Assembly: GCA_044892505.1 (NCBI GenBank)
Contig: CM097882.1
Location: forward strand, 247,380,001-247,444,000
Length of the DNA stretch: 64,000 nt
Direction of reading: 5' to 3'
From: Schmidtea nova
Lineage: Eukaryota
Shown here piece by piece: positions 39,001 to 49,500 of this stretch (position 1 is the stretch's first letter; the number at the start of each line of letters is the position of its first letter). Both the position numbers and the translations under genes were made by a program. The notes under the pieces are model-generated. The model was not told where the DNA came from, searched no databases, and saw only the letters and a list, made by a program, of their open reading frames with translations.

Positions 39001-40062
39001 TTACACAATCGTCTCGTTTGGTTCGTAGAAACCTTCGTCCTGAGGTTCTACCTGGTTCGTGGGGAGTGGTATCCAAACAACCCTGCTCCTCCACATTTCG
39101 ACTTCATCTCGATACATGTGAGATATCTGGATCTCCTCGTCCAGCAAATATTCTAGGTAATTTGCTTGTTCTGTTAATGTTTCTATTTGCTTCTCTAATT
39201 CGATTACTTTTGTCTTTTGTTCGTCTTCTTTCATCATTTTTGTTACGGCTGCCGTTGTACTTGTTTCTTTGGGTATTGCTAGTACTGTTACTCGTTTCTG
39301 TTTCAATTCTTCGTTTTCTTTCATCAAATTCGTTAAATTTTCCTCATAACTTTGCTTCGCTTCCTTTAACCTTTCTCTGGTTCTTTTTAGCTCTATTTTC
39401 TTCTGGGTAATCACTCCTTGATAACCATTTATATCTCTCTTCATCTCTTCTTCTTTCTGATTCCATATTCCGGTGAGCATAGATTTCAGTTGTTCTTGAT
39501 TAGCTAGTTCTTCTCCCATTCTTTGAACTTGATAGGTTAGTCCTTTAATTTTCTTTGCTTGTTCGCGGATAAATTGCTGTCTTTTTGTATTCCATCTTTT
39601 ATTTAACACTTCCTGGTTGATTTTTTGCTCTAACTCGTCTTTTAGTTCATCGATCTCTTTATATAACTTCCAATCATCACTATAATCTGTCCTTTCTATT
39701 ATTTCTCTAGCTTTTTCGTAAGATTCTTTCGCTTCTTTCTTCCAGTATCTTGCTTGTTCTGTAATCGAATACATCTTGTGTTCAGCTTCCATCTGCTGTC
39801 TGTCTCTTTCCTCTCGTCGCTCTTTCATCATTCTCTGGTAATATTCCTTTTGTTGTTGTAGCATTTTGTATACTTCTTCTATTTTTTCTCGACTTCTTTG
39901 ACTTGATCTTTCCGCTTCTTTTAATAATTCGGCTTGTCTCTCTATCTCCTCTTGCTTTCCATAATATGCATTGACCCATATTTCAATCTGTTCTAGATGA
40001 TCGCTAATCGCTTCTGCTTGATGCATCGTAATTTCCTGTAAGCATACTTCGATATTTCCCAT
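39001..40062 (-). CDS. 353-aa coiled-coil protein
   Basis: Long E/K/Q/R-rich heptad-like sequence; no catalytic motif recognised. Confidence 0.8.
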   Translation of the reverse strand: MGNIEVCLQEITMHQAEAISDHLEQIEIWVNAYYGKQEEIERQAELLKEAERSSQRSREKIEEVYKMLQQQKEYYQRMMKERREERDRQQMEAEHKMYSITEQARYWKKEAKESYEKAREIIERTDYSDDWKLYKEIDELKDELEQKINQEVLNKRWNTKRQQFIREQAKKIKGLTYQVQRMGEELANQEQLKSMLTGIWNQKEEEMKRDINGYQGVITQKKIELKRTRERLKEAKQSYEENLTNLMKENEELKQKRVTVLAIPKETSTTAAVTKMMKEDEQKTKVIELEKQIETLTEQANYLEYLLDEEIQISHMYRDEVEMWRSRVVWIPLPTNQVEPQDEGFYEPNETIV

Positions 40063-40178
40063 TGCTATAATTTCAAAAAAAAAATTTTTTAATCGGTTTA
40101 TATATCAGTTATTTTTTGTTTATATAATAATTTTTGGGTATTTAACTGTACATATTATTTACACGATCACTTCTCTTG

Positions 40179-41561
40179 TTACGTCAACCATTCTTTTCTA
40201 TCCGCTTTCTCATTCCTTTCCATTTCTATGTATAGGGTGTCTGCATATAATCGTTCCCATAGGCTTTCTTTCGTTATAAACATTGGTTCTCCCGCTGCTA
40301 ATCCACATTCTGTGGTTGGTTTCTCGCTCGTACTCGCATGTTTCTCTGTCTCAAAGAATTTTTCTACTGGTTTTGTTACATTTCTGATTCTAATGATGAC
40401 TCCTACTTTCAAGGGCCATTCTACTAGGTCGTCGTATTCTCCTTTACATAGCGAGAAAAATATTGACACATGTGTTCCTCGTCCTCTTCCGTCTCCATTT
40501 GGGTATAGCTTCAATCTCACTTTAGCTCCGTTTCTCCATAAATAAAATGGTGGGCTTATTACTGCTGTTTTCGTCATATTTCTGGCCTCTGTTAATTTGT
40601 TTCTAAAATCTGTCACTTTCCACACATAGGGTGCGATTGGTAACTTTTCCTCGGTATCCTGGGTGAGTTTGTTGTACTGGATTTTCATTCCTTTAGCCAA
40701 TTCTTCGATAGCTTTTATCTTTTCCTCCATCTTTTCTCGTGTTAGTTCGAATTGCTCTCTGGTTTCCAACAGTAGGTTTACCATTATCTTGTGTGACTCT
40801 ATTTCTCTTTCTAATTTTTTGATTGTTTGTTCGGTTTCTTTTGTTGCTTCGTTTGTCATTTCCGCATGCTTTAGCAATGCTTCCTCCAGATGTTGTTTCA
40901 TGGTTTTTTGCGTTCTTTTCTCCATACATCCCTGTTTGTTATAAGGACATTCCCTTGGTTTCTCCGTGCACACTTTCCAATGTTCTTGTAATTTTACTTC
41001 TACCGTTATCTCGCATTCGTTTGAACATATTCCTACATATTGTCTACATACTTTCTCCTCTTTTATATTCAGGTGTTCTTCTTCGATCTTTCTCCTCGTT
41101 TCTCGAGTTCCACAATATTCGCATAGACTTTCCTCTTCTTTACATTCATCTTTGTGCTGCTCTTTATTCTTTATAGTTATTTTTTGTTGGCATTTGTTAC
41201 ATTCAGTTCTCTTCTCTTCGCAGTTCTCCAGATGGTTCTCGAGATCGCGTATTTGTCCTTGCCATATACATGGTTGATTTATACATTCGGTTTTCGTGTT
41301 CATGATTTCTCTCTGAGTTGCTCTATCTGGTCCGGTTTCTTCGAATTTTATTTGACCTTCTTTGCATTCTGGACATTCTGGTGGTCTTTTCATACTTAAC
41401 TCGTGTATGCATTTGGTACATACTCTGCATCCGCATAGGGTTTGTCTTGGTTTCAATATTATGTTTTTACAATTTACACAAGTGAGTCTCAGACTCCATT
41501 TCCTGTTCTCGGCTCTCAAAATTTCGATTATCCGCTCTTCGGCTTTTCCTTCTGTATTCAT
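40179..41561 (-). CDS. TRAF: Full-length intronless TRAF-family protein (RING, TRAF zinc fingers, coiled coil, MATH/TRAF-C)
   Basis: RING CVNC..QTLCGCRVCTKC..CPEC. TRAF fingers such as CPYNKQGC..KQHL. MATH domain YVWKVTDF..SPPFY..KVRLKLYPNGDGRGRGTHVSIFF..GEYDDLVEWP. Confidence 0.95.
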   Translation of the reverse strand: MNTEGKAEERIIEILRAENRKWSLRLTCVNCKNIILKPRQTLCGCRVCTKCIHELSMKRPPECPECKEGQIKFEETGPDRATQREIMNTKTECINQPCIWQGQIRDLENHLENCEEKRTECNKCQQKITIKNKEQHKDECKEEESLCEYCGTRETRRKIEEEHLNIKEEKVCRQYVGICSNECEITVEVKLQEHWKVCTEKPRECPYNKQGCMEKRTQKTMKQHLEEALLKHAEMTNEATKETEQTIKKLEREIESHKIMVNLLLETREQFELTREKMEEKIKAIEELAKGMKIQYNKLTQDTEEKLPIAPYVWKVTDFRNKLTEARNMTKTAVISPPFYLWRNGAKVRLKLYPNGDGRGRGTHVSIFFSLCKGEYDDLVEWPLKVGVIIRIRNVTKPVEKFFETEKHASTSEKPTTECGLAAGEPMFITKESLWERLYADTLYIEMERNEKADRKEWLT

Positions 41562-41651
41562 TCTACAATGATATATACACTTGATTTGTTATCTATTTTT
41601 TGATTTTTCTTGTTTTTGTTTTACATATTTACAATTTTTCGCTTTATTTAT

Positions 41652-42008
41652 CTACGGCTCGTTTGTTGAATCTGGTTCTGGGTCGTTTTCTGATCTGTTT
41701 ATTGCCCAATTTGTCCATCCATCCTCTGCTTCTTCTGTCTCTCCCATTGTTAAACGGTCTATCTCTATTGCTTGTCTCTGATTTATGTCGCTCATCACTT
41801 GATTCTCTCTGGTAAGTTGCGTTATCAATCTCTGTTGCTCCTCGATTCTGTGGAGTTGTTCAAAACTATTATTATAACTTTCGGATAACAAATTCTGTTT
41901 CTCAATTAACTGATTTTGTAGTGAGTTGATTGTTCGTATTAACATGTCACACTGGGCTTTCCATCGCATAGCCATAGTAGTTTCTGCTATTTCTTCCTGT
42001 TCGTTCAT
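41652..42008 (-). CDS. 118-aa coiled-coil protein with an acidic tail
   Basis: ORF track; heptad pattern LIRTINSLQNQL..LTRENQ. Confidence 0.65.
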   Translation of the reverse strand: MNEQEEIAETTMAMRWKAQCDMLIRTINSLQNQLIEKQNLLSESYNNSFEQLHRIEEQQRLITQLTRENQVMSDINQRQAIEIDRLTMGETEEAEDGWTNWAINRSENDPEPDSTNEP

Positions 42009-42133
42009 TTTCTAAATTATATACATTAATCGTTTTCTCGATTTCTCTTTTTATATTTTTATAATATCGATACCCATACTATTACGGTAATGCATTGTTA
42101 TTTACACTATTATTTACAGTCATATCCCGCCTC

Positions 42134-43510
42134 CTATATCACCATCACTGTCTCTCCTTCGTATCGCTCTTCATCTTCTATTTGTCTCCAAAATTCTTTG
42201 CCTTTCGTCCTCCTTTGAAATTCTTTCTGTACTTCTTCCGGTAATTCTATACTGTAGTTCATAATCTTTATATCTGGCCAATGTGTTATTGGTTTCTTGT
42301 TGAATACATCATATATCCATATTATTAATAATACTGTTATTACTGGAATAGTTGCTGCTAGTATTCCCAGACCAATTAGTTCTCTAACTTGTTTGTTTAC
42401 GTCCATCTTCGTAATTTCACTCTGGTTAATCATTGGTCCGTATTGTCCCTTTAGTTTATTTAGTAGTTGTTCTCGTTCTTGTTGTTTTCTTTTAACTTCT
42501 TTAATTACTTCTTCCGGCGTCCATCTTGCGTAAGGGTCTATTACTACTTGTTCCGCGTCCATTTGTTTCGTTGTCTGACTTAATTCTTTAAATTCGAGTT
42601 TTCTCACTTTCCCTTTGGACGTTGAGTTTACCGGTGTGTAGTACGTTTCGCATCTTTCCTGCTGATTTCCTAATATGTCCGTCTTTTCTACCGCACATAT
42701 CTCGTATTCGCTATTGAATTTCAGATTTCTGATACTTATTTCCTCTTTTCCTTTCACGTTTCCACAGTCTCGTGGCTGTCTTTCCCTTTGTTTCTGAACT
42801 ATTACCCAACATATTTCTAACGTTTTATTGTCTATTCTCCATAGTATAAGAGTTGCTGTAGTATTCTTTTCGGTTCTTATTTGTATTTCTTGGTTTTTCT
42901 GTTGTCCATTAGGTTTAAAGGTAGTGGTATACCTCGTTTTTCCTTTGTTCCGTTGTCTTCTGCTTTTTCGCGTTGTCTTTCCAATTCTTGTTCTGGTGGG
43001 TGTTTTATATATTTTGCATTCCAGTTCATTTACTGTTATTTTGTCGCTCTTCCTGATCAGGCATATTTCGTACGTTTGATTACTTTCTAACCCTTCTATC
43101 TGTATTGTGGTTGTTCCTCTGTTTGTTCGACATTGCGGCGGTGTATTCTGGTTTGTTTTCTTTTCCTGCTTCTTCCAGCATACGCCTTTGACGTCCGGTT
43201 CCATTCCGGTTAACTCTAACATTATAGTTGTTCTCCGTTTGGTGCGTTTATTTCTTCTTCCTCGTCGTATGAACTTTATTGTTTCCCCAGGTTGAAATGT
43301 TTTACAAATTGTCGTTCCTTTCTTGTGTCTTTCTTTTTCTAGTAAACATAGTTCATACGTCCTGTCTGCTTTTACTTCTGATATCTTGGTTACTTTATTT
43401 GTTTTCCTTTTCCGACTCGTCTTTATTTCGCTTACGCCAATTTCTTCGTTGCTTCTGGCCCAACACTTTGGGTTGGTGTTTTGGGTGTCGTTCATCTCTG
43501 TTACTGCCAT
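42134..43510 (-). CDS. 458-aa membrane protein with three FN3-like repeats; in frame with the polyprotein
   Basis: Repeats ADRTYELCL..TICKT, GLESNQTYEICLI..ECKIYKTP and NLKFNSEYEICAV..RCETYYTP. TM LIGLGILAATIPVITVLLIIWIY. Confidence 0.8.
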   Translation of the reverse strand: MAVTEMNDTQNTNPKCWARSNEEIGVSEIKTSRKRKTNKVTKISEVKADRTYELCLLEKERHKKGTTICKTFQPGETIKFIRRGRRNKRTKRRTTIMLELTGMEPDVKGVCWKKQEKKTNQNTPPQCRTNRGTTTIQIEGLESNQTYEICLIRKSDKITVNELECKIYKTPTRTRIGKTTRKSRRQRNKGKTRYTTTFKPNGQQKNQEIQIRTEKNTTATLILWRIDNKTLEICWVIVQKQRERQPRDCGNVKGKEEISIRNLKFNSEYEICAVEKTDILGNQQERCETYYTPVNSTSKGKVRKLEFKELSQTTKQMDAEQVVIDPYARWTPEEVIKEVKRKQQEREQLLNKLKGQYGPMINQSEITKMDVNKQVRELIGLGILAATIPVITVLLIIWIYDVFNKKPITHWPDIKIMNYSIELPEEVQKEFQRRTKGKEFWRQIEDEERYEGETVMVI

Positions 43511-43543
43511 TGTGTCAATGTCTATCCCTTCTTCTAACCGTTT

Positions 43544-46500
43544 TCACATTGTTAATATGAGTGCTAAACATAGTAATTCTGCTTGGTAGGTCACTCTTTC
43601 AGTTTCATTTGTGGTTACTCTTACTTCGGGCCTGTCTATGGTAATTTGTATAGTTGGCGTTGTTCGTCTGTCTATTGTCTGATGTTTCTTGTTTTTTGTT
43701 CCTTGTGTCTCTGTTCTTCCACACTTTCTTACGACATAGTCTCCTTTGGATGACTGCTGTACTGTTATGGTTACTTTGGGTGTTAGGTAATTTGCACATG
43801 CAATTGTCTTATGTGATCTCGGATCCTTTGGTTTCCGAACGGTGCACATTCTGTACCAAGTATCTAGCTCTAAGTCATCGATCTCTATGATTTCTTGTTC
43901 ATATTCTGAGATCCTGCAATCCATTGGACTATTTTGTCCCGATATTTTGTCCTTTTTTGACCAACATACTCGTTCGATTCCTTTTGCGTTTCCAATTTGT
44001 ATTGTCGCTTTTTCTTCACATATCATTCCTTGAGTTGGACTAATTAAGGTCATGATTACCGTTAGTAATAATAGTTCTGGTTTAAAGAATGGGTTTATTG
44101 TTTGTTTGTAGCCTGTTCTTTTTACTTCGTTTTTATTTTTATAGTTGTTGTTTCTTTGTTTCCCAAATTCATTGTTCTTATCATTTTTCTCTGTGTCCCT
44201 TCCTTTCTCTTCACTGTCCTCTTTATCTGATAACTCATGATCCTCTGGATTTTCTCGAGTACTATCGTCGTCGTTTCCTGTATTGTCACCTCCCCTTTGG
44301 TCGTTGAAAATGTCGTCCTCGACATTAACTGCTTCTATCATTTTTTCATACGTTATGGTTGTGAGTATACTTGCTTCGTATTCTTGTGTTACTGCCTGCT
44401 TAGGTATTTCCTTATCGGTTAATTTACAATCTAGAATCTCTTTCTTGGCTTTTATCCAATTATTAAGGTACGTTTTCATTAGTTCTTTCCATTTGTCCGT
44501 ACGTTCTGTTTCCTTTGGGTTGTTTGTGAATCGTAAATCTTTTCTTCTCATGAAGATGTCTATTATCTTTGGCCATTTGTTTATTATTAATGCACACTTT
44601 ATATACAAATTTTGGCCTTGTTCCATGCACTCGTTGATCCTGAATGCTGGTTCATTGGTGTTTGGGTTCATCCAATTGAGTATTGCTTCAGTTAGTTCAG
44701 CGTTATGCATCATGGAATGTACGCTAGCTTTTTTAACTGTCCTTGTAAGGTATTCTATTTCCTCCTGATTTGTGATTGTTTTTATGAAATTTATCACCTC
44801 CCAATTGTGCGCTAACAACGCTACGTCTAGTATTGAGCTGTCTTTGTTAGTTCTTCCCATGAGTCCTGCACCTGCTTCGTACAGTTCCTGTAACACTCGG
44901 GTTTTTGTGTTCGCTCTTGCTGCGAATATCATGAGGGTATCTCCCTTTTTATCTTTCATGTTCATGTCACTTCCGCAATCTTGCATCAACCGTGCAATTT
45001 CGACTACCCTCCTATCTTTTCCTGCTCGTAAGGCTCTATGTATTGGCAATACTCCATTCTTTGTTAATAAGAAAGTCACTGGCATTTCTCTTTTTATGAT
45101 CATCATATCGTTTTCATTGTAAGTTCCTTCCGCATATGCGTGTACCTTTTCCACAATTGATCCGAGTATCTCCAGTGTATGTTTAGAATTCTCGAATTCT
45201 GGTAATAGTTCTTTTGCTTTGTCCTGTATCGCATCTAACCTTTCTTGATATGGTACCTCTGCGCTGAAAAGTGGTGTAAATTTCCTTTTGCTTTCTCTTT
45301 CCTTTCGACCTAGGAATTGTTTGCATTTTTCGGGGTGGTTTAATATGTCTACTAGTTTGTCATACTCTTCCTCCACCGTTTTGTACTTATCTTGAAAATT
45401 GGATATATCTTTGTAAGTTATCGACTTGGTTAGCGATTTTGCACACCATTCCCTAATTTTCCTGAATAATGCTTCTTTTTCGCTTTCGAATTTACACTCC
45501 TCTTTGTTTTTGGAAATTGTGATCTTTCTTCTGTCCAATAATATTAACAGTGTTTTCTGATCACAAACTAATTTTAATAGGAATTGAAATAACGCGTTTT
45601 GTCCTTTACTGTATACTTCGTTTATATTTAATACCCATGTATCATTTTCGGATCTTTTCCATTTTATTAGCTTGCGTATTGTTTTGCAGTTACCGATTTT
45701 TATTGCCTCCTTGATTATATCACCTTTGATCAGTTCGTCTATTTCCCAAGTGGCCTTCTCGATTATTTGTTTGAGCATTATCTGATTTGAGCTCCATATT
45801 GCGTGATTCAAGACTGTTTTGTTTTCTCTATCGCGTTCCGTCCAGTTGAAATCGGCATTTATCAAAAGGTCTATTATTGCTTTATCCGATTTGTAGATGG
45901 CTGCTACCATTAATGGTGTTTCTTGTTCGCTATTCCCAAAACCAAGGTGTTGGTTTGTTTCCTTAGCGATTTTTAGAAATTCTTTTACTCTCTCTACTTC
46001 TCCCCATTTTATGGCGTTATGTAATGCTGGTTGTCCTCCTATGTCTTCTAGTGAAAGTATTTCTGGAATCTTTTCCAGTAGTTCTGAAATGACTGGTTTT
46101 GTTGGTAGTCCCCTTGCGTAATCACTAATTATCGACTGAATATCTCTTAATATATCGTCTCTGACATGCCATTTTCCCATTATTTCTCTGGCTTTTAGTA
46201 CAATTTCCTTGTTTCTTTTTTCTCGTTGATTGTTCTCTGCTTCGGTACTTTCATTGGTTGCTCTGAGCATATTCATTCTGGCTGTCTGGGATCTGGTTAT
46301 TATTCGTTCTTCTGGCGCTGTGGTTATTGTCTTTGGTACTTTTTTACATCTGCATGTATTAACGTATATTGGTCGTATCAATGGTCGATTAACAAGTTTT
46401 ACCTTCACATTGTTTTCCTTTTTGTATATAACTTCGTAAGGGCCTTTTCCTGGTCTTTGTAGTTTTTTAACGGTTCCTGGTATTATTTCTGGGGTTTCTA

Positions 46501-49500
46501 TCATCACCCAATCTCCGGGTTTAAGATCATTTGTTTTAACATTTTTCTTTTGATCGTGTAGGTCCTTGTAACTTTCTTGATAAAACTTTATGTTTAGTTC
46601 TGCTGTCTTCCATATCTCTTGCATTCGTTCTTTGAATTTGGTGACGTAATCATCTTCCTCCATATATTGAGACAAAGGTGGTTGATATTCAAGATCTATT
46701 GGCATATTGCATTCCCTTCCATACATTAATTGAAATGGACTCAATTTTGTTGCTGCGTGTATCGACATTCGGTATGCCATTAGACATAGCTTTATGTACT
46801 CATCCCAATCTGTTTGGTGTTTGCTTACATAATTGGATAACATTCGAATCAATGTGCCGTTAAATCTTTCCGTTTGTCCATTAGTTTGCGGATGATATGG
46901 TGACGTTCGTAATTTGGCTATTCTGAAGTAATTTGTTACTTCATCTAGTATTTCGCTCATAAAATTTGTTCCTTGATCTGTTAGTATTTGTTTCGGGGTT
47001 CCGTATCGACAACATATTTCCTCTACTAAAATTCTTGCTACGGTCTTTGCTTTTTGATCCGGCATCGCAAATGCTTCAGGGAATTTAGTCAAATAATCCG
47101 TTATTACCAATATATATTGATTCCCGTTTAAACTTTCTGGCAATGGTCCTATTACATCCATCGCAATGGTAGTCATTGGTTCCGCTGGTATTGGCATGGG
47201 TTTTAAGGGATTTTTCCATTTCTTCCCACTATCCTTTCTTGTGGCACAAGTTAAACAGTTCTTTATCCATTCCTTTACGTCTTCGTCCATTGTTGGCCAA
47301 TAATATTTTTGTCTCATGCGATTTAATGTTTTCTTATCGGACATGTGTCCTCCCAACTTTCCGTCATGGTATTGAGTTATTATCTCTTTTCGTCTATTAC
47401 CTGGCAGACACATTAATCGTTTCTCTCCATCTCGTATTAATAACCATCCTTTTTCTATTGTGTATCGATGTTGGTATTTCCTCATGTGTTCCTTTAACTC
47501 TGCATTGTCTTTGAATACATCCATATTTCGTGAGCTTAGGAATTCTATGATGGGTCTTAGTTCTTTATCCTCTTGCTGATCTTTCTTTAACTCACTGAAA
47601 TCCAAATCCTCTGCTATCATTATGCATATTCTTTGCACTTCTGGGTCTGTTAGTTCTGGAAACGTTAATCTTGACATGCAATCTGCGTTGGCATTCGCTT
47701 TTCCTGATTTGAATTTTATATCTGGTGAATATTCTTGTAATTGCATCGCCCATCTCATTAATCTGCTGGATGTTTCCTTATGTTGTCCTAGCCATACAAG
47801 TGGTTGATGGTCTGTGGTTATGCATATGACGTGTCCCCATAATAGATATTTGAAGTGTTTTATTGCTAATATTATTGCCAATGCTTCTCTTTCCGTTACT
47901 GAATAATTCTTCTCGTGTTTCTTGAATGTTCTGCTATAATATCCGATTACCCGCTCTTTTCCCTCGTCATCATATTGTCCTAACACTGCTCCTGCTGCAT
48001 ATCCACTTGCGTCGGTTGCGAGTAAAAATGGCTTTTTGAAGTCCGGGTGAACCAATATTGGTGCAGTTATTAGCTTATCTCTCAATGTTTCAAAGGCTGT
48101 TTGTTGTTCGCTTCCCCATATGAACGATACGTCTTTCTTTACTAGCTCCTGGATTGGTTTTGCAATCCCTGCGTAATCCTTTATGAATTTTCTATAGTAA
48201 CCGCATAATCCGAGAAATTCTTGGATCTGCGTTATCGTCTTTGGTACTGGACATTCTTTTACTTTATCAATGTTTCTGGGATCTGGTTCCTTTCCTTTTG
48301 CGGACACAATATGTCCTAAGAATGTCACTTTCTCCTTTGCCCAATCGCATTTCGATGGTTTGAGCTTGAGTTTCCATTGTCTCAATCTAACAAATACATC
48401 TCTGATATCTTGGATGTGTTGTTCAAATGTGCTTGAGTAGATCAGTAGGTCGTCAATGTAAACCATGCATTGTTTTATGCCGTGGGTAACGAAATTCATA
48501 CATCTTTGAAATGATGCTGGCGCATTGGTTAGTCCGAATGGCATTTTCCTAAATTGGTACAAGTCTCTTCCGATAGTGAAAGCAGTTTTCTCTTTGTCTT
48601 CCTCCTTCATTTTAATTTGCCAGTATCCGCTTTTCAAATCCAATGATGTAAAATATGCCGCTCCTTGTAATGTCAATAACATCTCGTTGATGTCCGGTAA
48701 TGGGTAGGTATCCCTTTTTGTAACTGCATTTAATCTCCGATAATCGATACAAAATCGTTGTGTTCCGTCTTTCTTTTTCACCATTACAACTGGGAATTGC
48801 CACGGTGAGCAGCTTGGTTCAATTACTTCTGCGTCTAGCATTTTCTGTACCTCTGCTTCTGCTACTGATTTTTGCGCTTCAGCTAACTTGTATGGTCTTA
48901 ACGCAATAGGCGTTTCGTCTGTTAGGGGAATCGTATGTAGTGTGACGTCGCATGTCCCTAGATCTAAATCGGATGCTGCGAATATATCTTTATATTCTAT
49001 CAGTAATCTTTCTAGCTGCTTCTTTTGATCCTCATTTAATAGTTGGCTATCAATGTTCCAAGTGGGTTCCTCCTCTTTTACTCCTTCTTTTATTGGTATT
49101 TCGATATCCATCATTGGAGTTAGTTTACCTAGTCTTTCATTTTCATAAATTATTTTATCCTCTTCATCGAAATTTACTACAGTTATTGGGATTTCTCCGT
49201 TGTCATTCGCACTCACTAATCCCCTTGCCATTGGCAACGACTTTCTCTTTTCAAATCTTTTACTGGGTTCAAAAATCATGTCACCTTCTATTGTAGGGTC
49301 TATTTTTACGAAGCATATTTTCTCTCTCCGTGCTGGTACGATTATTTGTTTCGAACTTGTTACTTTTGCTTCTATTGCGCATATCTGTCCTGTCCTATCC
49401 TTTAATCTCATTGTTCCGAGGTCAATAACTATTTCTTTAAATAATGCTGGCATCAGATCCGTGCCTATAATGCATGGTACGCTCAGTGCTGGTATTACTG

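Noticed and set aside
49100-49400. Possible dUTPase between PR and RT
   Set aside because: Catalytic dUTPase motifs are not seen; it resembles the usual Gypsy PR-RT linker.
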